This document shows positions 6,748 through 14,841 of a stretch of DNA of 23,746 nucleotides, in pieces. The notes beneath the pieces were generated by a model. That model worked only from the letters and a program-made list of their open reading frames with translations. It was not told the DNA's origin and ran no database searches. Source of the DNA: Candidatus Eiseniibacteriota bacterium (GTDB lineage: Bacteria; Eisenbacteria; RBG-16-71-46; DASYSL01). The stretch covers positions 1-23,746 of the forward strand of contig JBKJJJ010000205.1 of the NCBI GenBank assembly GCA_046598045.1, given 5' to 3'. Position numbers and translations under genes: made by a program. The stretch's first letter is position 1; the number at the start of each line of letters is the position of its first letter.

Positions 6748-8769
6748 TCAGAGGTCTTCGTCGATCCAGACTCGGGCCAATTCGGCCACGCTCCACGCCT
6801 GCGCGAACGCGCCCCGGGGCGAAGCCGGCAGGTCGCCGTCGAAGATCTCCGAGATCGAGCCCAGGCAGGCGTCGGCCGTGAGGTGCTGGACGAGCGGCGC
6901 GAACACGCGCCGGGCGTGCCCCCTCGTGGCCGGGCTCCGGCCGCGCAGGCGAAAGTGCGCGTCCGCCCAGGCTCCGAGCAGGAACGGCCACACCGTTCCG
7001 TTGTGGTACCCGGCGTCGCGCACCGCGGGCCCGCCGAGATAGGTGCCGCGGTAGTGCGCGTCGCCCGGCGCGAGCGTGCGCAGGCCGAACGGCGCGAGCA
7101 GCGTGCCCTCGACCGCGGCGAGCACCGCGCGCGCGGGCACGCCCTCGAGCACCGGGTGGGGGAGCGCGATCGCGTAGAGCTGGTTCGGGCGCAGCGCGGG
7201 ATCGGGGCCCACGTCGTCCACGCGGTCCGCGAGCCAGCCGCGCGCCGACTCCCAGAAGGTGCGCGTGAACGACTCCCGGATGCGGTCCGCCTCCTGGTTC
7301 GCGTCCGCGGCCCCGTCCCGGTCGCGCAGGCGCGTGGCGAACGCGGCGCGCGTGCGCCAGGCGTTGTACCACAGGGCGTTGATCTCGACCGGCATCCCCG
7401 CACGCGGCGTGACCGGCACGTCGTCGACGCGCGCGTCCATCCAGGTGAGCGCGGTGGCGTCGGTCCCGCAGGCCAGCAGGCCGTCCGCGCGTTGCGCGAT
7501 CGCGAAGCGCGTGCCGCGCGTGAACGCGTCGAGCGTGTCGGCGAGCGTGGGCGCGATCGTGCCGCGGAGGAACGCGTCGTCGCCGCTCGCGGCGTGGTAG
7601 TCCGCGCCGGCGACGGCGAACCACAGCGCGGCGTCGACCGAGCCGAAGTCGGGCTCGGCGGCCGGCCCCTCGACGAAGCGGTTCGGTACGAGGCCGTCCT
7701 GGGCGAAGCCCGCGAACGTCGCGAGCGCGGCGCGCGCACGATCGAGGCGGCCCGTCGCGCGCGTCAGCCCCGGGAGCGCGATCATGCTGTCGCGGCCCCA
7801 GTCCGTGAACCACGGATAGCCCGCGATCACGCTCGTGCCGTGCGCGCCCTCGGTCCAGAACTGGTCGGCCGCGCGCGCGAGGATCGCGAGCGACTCGCGC
7901 GGCAGGCGCGTTTCCGCGCTCTTCGCCCGGCGGCGCGGCCGGGGCGCGCGCTCGAGCGCCTCGAGGCGCGCGGACTCCTCGCTCCACGCGGCGTCCGCCC
8001 ACGCCTCGAGCGCGGCGCCGCCCGGGGGGCGGTGCGGCTCGGGCTCGACCGTGAGCGCGAGCACGAAGCGCTCGCCGGCAGCGAGATCGAGCACGAATGT
8101 GCCGGGCGACATCGCGTCCTCGCGAAACTCGAGCCCGCGCTCGGACTCGAACGCGTACTCGAAGTTCTTGTACCACGCGGGCCACTCGAGGAAGCGGCCA
8201 CTGCTGGTCGCGAACACGAGCGCGGGCATCGCGTCGTAGGGGGCAAGGTGGACGTGGTGGTCGTCGGTCGTCACCGCGGTCTTGAAGGTCGGGTTCTCGT
8301 GCGTGAGCGCATGGTGGTCGCGCATGACGACGAACGGGCGCACCGTCAGCTCGCACTTTGGCCCCGCGACGTGGCGGTACTCGAGCACCGCGGTGTTGCG
8401 GCCCTGAAGGAGGAACAGCGAGCGATCGAGCAGGAGGTCGCCGGCGCGCCAGCTCCACGTCGGGCGGGGGTGCGTGGTGAACGCGTCGAGATGGAGGTGG
8501 CCGCGCGGATCGATCACGCCCGGCCACTGGTGCGTCGAGAGCGGCGTGGTTCCGCGCGTGGTGCGGATCGATTCCTCGAGCGCGCTGACGGTCACTACGC
8601 GGTCGGTCGGCGGACGCACCGCCGCGACCAGCAGGCCGTGGTAGCGGCGGGTCGCCGTGCCGGGGAGCGCGCCCGCGGCGTAGCCGCCGAGCCCGTTGGT
8701 GAGCAGCCACTCGAGACGGGAGGCGTGCTCGAAGTCGCCGAGGACCTCCCGCCCGACGCGCGGGCTCAA
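6748..8769 (-). CDS. Amylo-alpha-1,6-glucosidase / glycogen debranching enzyme (GDE_N + GDE_C type)
   Basis: EWLLTNGLGGYA, TRRYHGLL, IAGYPWFTDWGRDSMIALPG, SVDAALWF, TWMDA, VEINALWYN, LRPNQL, YHNGTVWP, ISEIFDG, AQAWSVAE. TTG start inferred from a TTGA overlap with the upstream stop. Confidence 0.92.
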   Translation of the reverse strand: MSPRVGREVLGDFEHASRLEWLLTNGLGGYAAGALPGTATRRYHGLLVAAVRPPTDRVVTVSALEESIRTTRGTTPLSTHQWPGVIDPRGHLHLDAFTTHPRPTWSWRAGDLLLDRSLFLLQGRNTAVLEYRHVAGPKCELTVRPFVVMRDHHALTHENPTFKTAVTTDDHHVHLAPYDAMPALVFATSSGRFLEWPAWYKNFEYAFESERGLEFREDAMSPGTFVLDLAAGERFVLALTVEPEPHRPPGGAALEAWADAAWSEESARLEALERAPRPRRRAKSAETRLPRESLAILARAADQFWTEGAHGTSVIAGYPWFTDWGRDSMIALPGLTRATGRLDRARAALATFAGFAQDGLVPNRFVEGPAAEPDFGSVDAALWFAVAGADYHAASGDDAFLRGTIAPTLADTLDAFTRGTRFAIAQRADGLLACGTDATALTWMDARVDDVPVTPRAGMPVEINALWYNAWRTRAAFATRLRDRDGAADANQEADRIRESFTRTFWESARGWLADRVDDVGPDPALRPNQLYAIALPHPVLEGVPARAVLAAVEGTLLAPFGLRTLAPGDAHYRGTYLGGPAVRDAGYHNGTVWPFLLGAWADAHFRLRGRSPATRGHARRVFAPLVQHLTADACLGSISEIFDGDLPASPRGAFAQAWSVAELARVWIDEDL

Positions 8770-9977
8770 CGCTTGCGCGGCGCTGTCTTCGCGGTCATGG
8801 GCTTGCGCGCCGCCTGCGATTCGCCGAGGACTTCGAACTTGAGGTCGTCCCACCAGCACTTGCCCGGCGTGGCCTGGTAGCCGGCGCGCGCCCATACGGT
8901 GTAGCTGTCCTTCGGCACGTTCCACTCGACCGAGTAGAACGTCCAGTCGAGCGTGCCGCTCAGCGCGTCGCCGGCGAGCGAGCCGTCCACGCCATAGAGC
9001 CCGGTCGAGTAGATGCTCAGGTAGGCGCTGGTGTCCTTGATGTTCTCGAGCTTGCACCACCCCGAGAGGCGCACGCGCTTGCCCGAGAGCCTGCGCGAGT
9101 TGAACACCTGGCATGCGGCCTGGTAGGTCTCGAACGCGGGGCGCTGCTGCGTCGTGAGCAGCGCCGAGAAGCGGCCGCTGTGCGCGGTCGAGGAGTCGGG
9201 TTCGATGAGCGACCCGGGGGTCGGCGGCATCGAGAATTCCCAGTCGTCGAACGGCCGCTCGAACCCGGGATTGGCGAGCAGGTTCCGGCCGAGCGCGATC
9301 GGGGCCGCAGGGCGCGCGGGCAGGGCGGTGAGCATGGCGTCGTCGAACCACACCTGCCCCGGACCGAAGACGCCGCAGCGAACGAGGATCAGGTTGGTCG
9401 TGGGCGGCACGTAGACGCGCACCTTGCGCTCGGTCCAATCGGAGGACTCGGGCGAGAAGTAGGCGCGCGCCCAGCCCAGCTCGAGCTGCGGATCGTCGGC
9501 GAACTTGTACCCCATCGCCTTGCGCGCCTCTTCGCGCGAGATGTTCTTCTCGCGCGCGTAGTTCATCACCGTGTCGCGGTAGCACTGCACCATCACGTAA
9601 CCCCGGCCCGAGAGCTGCGCCGAGCGCGTCCACACGCTCAACTCGAGATCCTTGCCGACATAGCGGCCGGCGGCGGGGACGATCTGGTTCCAGTTGTGCC
9701 ACACCGGAATCACGTCGCCGGCGTTGACGATGCTGGCCGAGCGCGCGCCGGAATGCTTCATGTCCGGGTCCCAGTAGAAGAGGACCGTGGGCACGCCGGC
9801 GACGGTGGTGTCCCAGTCGGTGGGCGCGAACAGCCCGCCCTCCTCGAAACCGCCGTTGGAAAGCAGGTTGATCGCGGGGCGGCCCGGCTGGGCGATTGCG
9901 GGCGACGGCGTCTGGGTGAACCATCCGGCGAGCGAGAGCAGAGACACGGCAGCGAACGACGCGAGGATACGAGTCAT
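8766..9977 (-). CDS. Secreted protein with two tandem carbohydrate-binding-like (CBM4/9, galactose-binding fold) domains
   Basis: Signal peptide ending AIA. Two internal repeats NLLxNxGFE...HSGxxSA...DWT...V(P)P...WxDD. Confidence 0.8.
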   Translation of the reverse strand: MTRILASFAAVSLLSLAGWFTQTPSPAIAQPGRPAINLLSNGGFEEGGLFAPTDWDTTVAGVPTVLFYWDPDMKHSGARSASIVNAGDVIPVWHNWNQIVPAAGRYVGKDLELSVWTRSAQLSGRGYVMVQCYRDTVMNYAREKNISREEARKAMGYKFADDPQLELGWARAYFSPESSDWTERKVRVYVPPTTNLILVRCGVFGPGQVWFDDAMLTALPARPAAPIALGRNLLANPGFERPFDDWEFSMPPTPGSLIEPDSSTAHSGRFSALLTTQQRPAFETYQAACQVFNSRRLSGKRVRLSGWCKLENIKDTSAYLSIYSTGLYGVDGSLAGDALSGTLDWTFYSVEWNVPKDSYTVWARAGYQATPGKCWWDDLKFEVLGESQAARKPMTAKTAPRKR

Positions 9978-10036
9978 GCCTGGCCTTTCTGGCGGGATGA
10001 TCGACGACGGCGCGGGGGACTGCCCACGGACCCCGT

Positions 10037-10066
10037 AGTATCCCCTGCCCGCGCGCGCACGGTCAA
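10037..10066 (-). promoter_or_regulatory. Putative sigma70-type promoter of the alpha-glucan cluster
   Basis: Minus strand TTGACC-N18-GATACT about 60 nt upstream of ATG 9977. Confidence 0.4.
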
Positions 10067-10103
10067 GGCGAGCGGTGACGCGCCTTATGATATGGTCCCC
10101 TCC

Positions 10104-10799
10104 ATGAATCGACTCGTTTCGCGCGTGGCCGCCCCCCTGCTCGCGGCCCTGGTTCTCGCCGGCTGCGCCAAGAACCAGGCCGCCCAGATCCGCAAGGTGC
10201 TCCCGGTCAACGCCATCGCGTTCAACGACAGCGTCGCCGCCGGCGACACGCTGTTCCTCAAGGTGCAGTACACGTATGGGAGCTCGTGCGAGCGGGTGGC
10301 GCACTTCGAATTTACAGTGGTCCCAGGCGCGCCGACGCCGACCTACCAGGTGACGCCGGTCGCACTCCATCGCAGCAGCGACCCCTGCACGGGGCTGAAC
10401 GGCAGCGACGTCGCGACCCTGCGTGTGACCGATCTCGGGGCCGGCCCCCGGACCTTCCAGGTGCTCGGCAGCGCCGGTACGCTGGTGGCGAACGTCGTGG
10501 CGAGCGCGGACACGCACTTCGTGGCCGACACCGGGATCGCGTTTCGCGTGCTGGCGCAGGCCGCCGCCACCGGTATCGCGATCCCGGGCGCGCACGTGCA
10601 GATCCGCAACCTGATCGACGGCAGCACGCTCTCCGAGGGCGACGCCGACAGCAACGGGCTCTATTCCTACCGCCAGCCCTGCGGCGCCGAGTTGCAGTAC
10701 GTCGTCTCCGTGTCGGCGTCGGGACGGAGCGCGAACCTGGTCGTGCGCAGCCCCGGGGCGCGCTGCCGGATTCCCGAGTTCGTGGTGATTCGTGTTTAG
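10104..10799 (+). CDS. Lipoprotein of unknown function, beta-rich, with a C-terminal carboxypeptidase-regulatory-like domain
   Basis: Lipobox LAGC after a basic and hydrophobic leader. ATGIAIPGAHVQI...DSNGLY motif. Confidence 0.8.
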   Translation: MNRLVSRVAAPLLAALVLAGCAKNQAAQIRKVLPVNAIAFNDSVAAGDTLFLKVQYTYGSSCERVAHFEFTVVPGAPTPTYQVTPVALHRSSDPCTGLNGSDVATLRVTDLGAGPRTFQVLGSAGTLVANVVASADTHFVADTGIAFRVLAQAAATGIAIPGAHVQIRNLIDGSTLSEGDADSNGLYSYRQPCGAELQYVVSVSASGRSANLVVRSPGARCRIPEFVVIRV

Positions 10800-11553
10800 C
10801 GCGCGCCGCGCGCTGGTCGTCCTGCTGGGGTGCGTCGCGATCGTGGCCGGCTGCGCCCAGGAGGGCAAGCTGATCGACACGCCGCTCCCGGTGAACGGCG
10901 TGGCTTATGATCTCGAGTTCGTGCGCGACACCACCCTGGCCGCGGCCTTGGACACCACCATCACCGTGCACTTCAAGATCTCGGTCCACGCCGCGACCCC
11001 GTGCGAAGCGCGGCGGGGCCTGCTCGAGTTGCGCCGCGTGGGCACGACCGCCGCCCCGGTCTACGTGCTGCGCCCGATCGCGCGCTACAACGTCGGCGAC
11101 GCCTGCACCGCGCTCGGCACCACTCCGAGCGACACGGTGCTGACGCTCACGGTCACGGGCCTTCCGCTGAGGGACACGGCAGTGCAGCCGTTCCAGGTCG
11201 AGACCTCGAACGGCCCGGCGATCGAGACCGATGTCGACACGCTGGTCCACGCGCCGGCCGCCTCGACGATCCGCTTCCAGGTGCGGGTCGAGTCGCGGGC
11301 CACGGGCGCGGTGGTCGCCGGCGCGACGGTCGCGATCGAGCAGCTCGGCGGCGGCTCCCCGGTGCTGCTCGGCAGCGGGCCCACCGATGCGAACGGCCTC
11401 TACGTGCTCGACACGCCGTCGAGCGGCGCGGCCGGCGTCCCGACGCTGCCCTACCGCGTCACGGTGACCAACGGTTCGACCACGCGGGTGATCTCGGTGC
11501 CGTCGTTTCCGGCCCGGGGCCAGAGCCGCGAACGGGTCGTCGTCCGGCTGTAG
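10792..11553 (+). CDS. Lipoprotein of unknown function, paralog of 10104-10799
   Basis: Lipobox VAGC. Shares LPVN, a Cys pair, ATGAVVAGATVAI...DANGLY and the terminal ExVVxR(V/L). 8-nt overlap with the upstream gene. Confidence 0.8.
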   Translation: MFSARRALVVLLGCVAIVAGCAQEGKLIDTPLPVNGVAYDLEFVRDTTLAAALDTTITVHFKISVHAATPCEARRGLLELRRVGTTAAPVYVLRPIARYNVGDACTALGTTPSDTVLTLTVTGLPLRDTAVQPFQVETSNGPAIETDVDTLVHAPAASTIRFQVRVESRATGAVVAGATVAIEQLGGGSPVLLGSGPTDANGLYVLDTPSSGAAGVPTLPYRVTVTNGSTTRVISVPSFPARGQSRERVVVRL

Positions 11554-11566
11554 CGGGCCCGCCGTC

Positions 11567-11923
11567 GTGGCCAACGATCCCACGCCTCCGCCGCCACGGC
11601 TCGCGGTCGCCGAGATCTTCATCACCCCGCTCGGCACTTCCGATTCCACGATTCGCGAATACATCCGCGCGCTCGTCCCGATCGTGCGCGCCAGCGGCCT
11701 GACCTATCAGCTCACGGCGATGGGCACGCTGGTCGAGGGCCCGGTCGACCAATTGCTGGCGCTCACGCGCGCGCTGCACGACGCCACGTTCGACGCCCAT
11801 CTTGGTGCCGAGCGCGTGGTCACCCACCTCCGGCTCGACGAGCGGCGCGGCGAGCCGCTCACGCTCGAGGGCAAGGTCCGGGGTGCGCTCGGGCTGAGGC
11901 CCGACCAGCAAGCCGGCGCGTGA
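11567..11923 (+). CDS. Thiamine-binding protein family (MTH1187/DUF77)
   Basis: AEIFITPLGT, SGLTYQLTAMGTLVEG, RVVTHLRLDERR, LEGKV. Confidence 0.88.
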   Translation: MANDPTPPPPRLAVAEIFITPLGTSDSTIREYIRALVPIVRASGLTYQLTAMGTLVEGPVDQLLALTRALHDATFDAHLGAERVVTHLRLDERRGEPLTLEGKVRGALGLRPDQQAGA

Positions 11924-13275
11924 ACCCGGAAGCCCCGTCCGTCCTGCTGGTCGATCGCGAGTCCGAGGCGGCGCGCGCGCTCGAGGCCGCGCTCGGCGGG
12001 CGCGGCTACCAGGTCGTGTTCGTGCACGACGGCGAAGCCGCGTTGCGCGCGCTCGAGGACATGCGTCCCGACTGCCTGGTGACCGAACTCAAACTCCAGC
12101 GCGTCGACGGGATGGCCGTGCTCGCGCGCGCGCTCAAGCTGCGCCCCGACGCCTGCGCCGTCGTGCTCGCCGAGGGCGGGAGCGTGGGCGCGGCGACCGA
12201 GGCGATGCGCCACGGCGCGGCCGACTTCCAGGGCAAGCCCGTGAACGTCGACAAGCTGCTCGCGGTGCTGGCCCGCGGGATCTCGGGGCAGGCGCTCGCG
12301 CAGCGCGCGGCCGAGCTCGAGAGCCGCCTCGACGAGCGCTTCGGCTTCGAGGGCTTCACCGGCCACGGCCCGGCGCTGAGTCGCATGATCGGAAAGGCCC
12401 GCCAGATCGCGCCGACGCGGGCGCCCGTGCTGCTGGTCGGGGAGTCCGGCACCGGCAAGGCGTTGCTCGCGCAGGCGATCCACCAGAACTCGCCACTCGC
12501 TTCGGGGCCATTCGTGCGGGTGGATCTCTCGACCTTCGGCGAGGGCGTGATCGAACGGGAGCTGTTTGGCGCCGAGGGTGGGGCGGGCGGCGGGATCTCG
12601 ACGGGCCGGCTCGAGGCCGCCCAGGGCGGCACGCTCTTCCTCGAGGAGATCGGCGAGATCCCGCCGACCGTCCAGGCCCGCCTCGTGCGGCTGCTCGCCG
12701 ACCACGAATTCGAGCGGGTGGGCGCCTCGGCCCCCAGGCGGTCGGACGCGCGCATCGTGGGCTCGACCATGCACGATCTCGACGCGCTGGCCCAAAATGG
12801 GCGCTTTCGCCGGGAACTCCATGACGGCCTGCGCGTCGCGGCGATCCGATTGCCGCCGTTGCGCGAGCGGCCGGAGGACATTCCGCTGCTCGTGGACCGC
12901 TTCCTGCGCGAGTTCAATCGCGAGCATGGAAGGCGCGTCACGGGGATCACCCGCGGAGCGCTCGAACAACTATCCACCTACGGGTGGCCGGGAAACGTCC
13001 GCGCCCTCCGGAACACGATCGAGGGCATGGTGGTGTTCGCGGATGGCCGTCGCCCGCTCGACGTGTCCGATTTACCGCAAGACGTCCGAAATGCGAGCCG
13101 GGAGGATCGGCGCACCGTCACGCTGCCGGTCGGGCTCTCCATGGCCGAGGTCGAAAAGCGATTCATAGAAGAAACATTGCGCTCTGTGAGTTACGATAAG
13201 CCCCGGGCTGCGGAAACGCTGGGCATCGGATTGCGCACGCTTTACCGCAAGCTCAAGGAATACGAAATCGGCTGA
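11920..13275 (+). CDS. NtrC/AtoC-like regulator (REC-AAA+-Fis HTH) with degenerate catalytic motifs
   Basis: REC-like N-terminus, Walker A GESGTGK, LPPLRERPEDI, WPGNVR, HTH AAETLGIGLRTLYRKL. GTGA overlap with the upstream gene. Confidence 0.92.
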   Translation: MNPEAPSVLLVDRESEAARALEAALGGRGYQVVFVHDGEAALRALEDMRPDCLVTELKLQRVDGMAVLARALKLRPDACAVVLAEGGSVGAATEAMRHGAADFQGKPVNVDKLLAVLARGISGQALAQRAAELESRLDERFGFEGFTGHGPALSRMIGKARQIAPTRAPVLLVGESGTGKALLAQAIHQNSPLASGPFVRVDLSTFGEGVIERELFGAEGGAGGGISTGRLEAAQGGTLFLEEIGEIPPTVQARLVRLLADHEFERVGASAPRRSDARIVGSTMHDLDALAQNGRFRRELHDGLRVAAIRLPPLRERPEDIPLLVDRFLREFNREHGRRVTGITRGALEQLSTYGWPGNVRALRNTIEGMVVFADGRRPLDVSDLPQDVRNASREDRRTVTLPVGLSMAEVEKRFIEETLRSVSYDKPRAAETLGIGLRTLYRKLKEYEIG

Positions 13276-13431
13276 AGGGATCTCAGCACGCCGGACCGGC
13301 GGTGGCGCCGGAGGATTGGATCATCAGGCATCGGCTGACAGCAGGTCGTTCATCTCGCATTGTGTACACCCCCGAACCTTCGATCGCGATCCCCCGGCCG
13401 GTCATGACCAGCCCCAGGGAGACATTGAACT

Positions 13432-14841
13432 GTGGAGACGCGGAAGGAAGTCGCGCTTTTCATCGATTTTGAGAACATCCGTCATGGAACGTTGAGTGCG
13501 TATGGCGTCGAGCCCCGCGCGTCCCTGTTGATCGAAACCGCCCGCAAGTATGGTTTGGTGAACATCGCCCGCGCCTACGCCGACTTCGAGGACTTCCCCT
13601 CCGAGGTGCTGCGCGACCTGCAGGTTTCCGGCATCACAGCCGTGAACGTGCAGGCCCACCAGGTCGGCGATCGCAGGAAGTCCGGCGCGGACATGGACAT
13701 GCTGATCGACATCATCGAGACCATGCTCGACCGCTCGGCGATCCCGACCCTGCTGCTGATGACCGGCGACCGCGACTTCCTGCGGGTCGTGACCATGGCG
13801 CGCAACCGTTTCGGCAAGGAAGTGATCATCTCGGGCGTGCCGGGGACGGTTTCCTACGACCTGATCTCCGCCTCGGGCGGCAATTTCGATCCGCTCGAGA
13901 TCCCCGGTCTCGAGCGCACCGACCACAGCCCGCAGAGCGACGGCGGCTTCGGCCCCTCCTCGCGCCACGAACGCCTCGAACGCCGTGAGCAGGCGGACCG
14001 GGACCGCGACCAGGTGACCTATGGCCGCTCCGAGGGCGCCGTGCCCAGGCGCGACCGCGCGCCCGAGCGCGCCCCGGACCGCGGCGCCGACCGCGCCCCC
14101 GAGCGCCGGCGCGTGACCCGCGAAGTGATGGACGACGCACAACCGCTCGCCGACGGGCCGGAGGCGCCCTGGGCGCGCGGCAAGCTCGCCCAGCGCGCGG
14201 CCGCGCTCGAGCGCGCGATGGCCGAGCGCGGCGACCAGCCCGGCTGGAGCGGGCGTCGCTGGGAGGCCGGCGAGGTGGTCGAGGGTGTCGTCAAGTCGAT
14301 CACCGAGTTCGGCGCGTTCCTCGACCTCGGCGGCGTCGACGCGTTGCTGCACGTCAGCCAGATGGCGTGGCAGCACGTCCGGCATCCGAGCCAGATCGTG
14401 ACCATCAACCAGAAGCTGCGCGTGCAGGTGCTCGAGGTGGACGAGGCCAGCGGTCGGGTTTCGGTCGGCCTCAAGCAACTGACCGACGATCCGTGGCTGC
14501 ATGCCGCGAGTCGCTACGAGGTCGGCAGCCAGGTGCATGGCCGCGTCAGCGGCGTGAAGGAATACGGCGTGTTCGTCGAGCTCGAGCCCGGGATCTTCGG
14601 CCTCCTGCACATCTCGAACATCTTCTCCCAGCCGTGGGGGCACCATCCGAGCGAGCGTTTCATGCTCGACCAGGAGGTGGAGGTCACGGTCAGCAAGGTC
14701 GACCTCGACGCGCGGCGACTGGCATTCACCATGCCGGATCAGGCCTCAGGCGACGGCCTGCCGCAGGTGACCGAGGAGGACGAGGCCGCCGCCGAGGCCG
14801 CCACGCGCTGGCGGGAAGGCGACGTGGACGAGGAGCGCTGA
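13432..14841 (+). CDS. NYN (LabA/DUF88, PIN-like) domain fused to two S1 RNA-binding domains
   Basis: NYN: ALFIDFENI, ARAYAD, KSGADMDM, MTGDRDF, VSYDLI. S1: GVVKSITEFGAFLDLGGVDALLHVSQM and GRVSGVKEYGVFVELEPGIFGLLHISNI. Confidence 0.9.
   Translation: METRKEVALFIDFENIRHGTLSAYGVEPRASLLIETARKYGLVNIARAYADFEDFPSEVLRDLQVSGITAVNVQAHQVGDRRKSGADMDMLIDIIETMLDRSAIPTLLLMTGDRDFLRVVTMARNRFGKEVIISGVPGTVSYDLISASGGNFDPLEIPGLERTDHSPQSDGGFGPSSRHERLERREQADRDRDQVTYGRSEGAVPRRDRAPERAPDRGADRAPERRRVTREVMDDAQPLADGPEAPWARGKLAQRAAALERAMAERGDQPGWSGRRWEAGEVVEGVVKSITEFGAFLDLGGVDALLHVSQMAWQHVRHPSQIVTINQKLRVQVLEVDEASGRVSVGLKQLTDDPWLHAASRYEVGSQVHGRVSGVKEYGVFVELEPGIFGLLHISNIFSQPWGHHPSERFMLDQEVEVTVSKVDLDARRLAFTMPDQASGDGLPQVTEEDEAAAEAATRWREGDVDEER
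14053..14106 (+). repeat. Imperfect 12-bp in-frame tandem repeat in the NYN-S1 linker
   Basis: gaccgcgcgccc/gagcgcgccccg/gaccgcggcgcc/gaccgcgccccc/gagcgc encoding DRAP-ERAP-DRGA-DRAP-ER. Confidence 0.6.

Noticed and set aside
4697..8880. Long plus-strand ORFs 4697-7042 and 6673-8880, plus similar R/A/G/P-rich ORFs throughout
   Set aside because: Antisense or off-frame shadows of well-supported genes, expected at high GC, with no recognisable motifs.
6748..10880. Apparent 1058-aa and 704-aa proteins in the ORF track
   Set aside because: The N-terminal extensions overlap neighbouring genes. Plausible starts are 8769 and 9977.
13276..13431. sigma54 promoter in front of the NYN-S1 gene
   Set aside because: No convincing TGGC-N8-GC element found. 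Only a weak sigma70-like CTGACA-N17-CATTGT (13335-13363) is present.
14260..14733. Truncated or pseudogenised rpsA
   Set aside because: The S1 repeats are in frame with an intact NYN domain in one uninterrupted ORF and have no start of their own.
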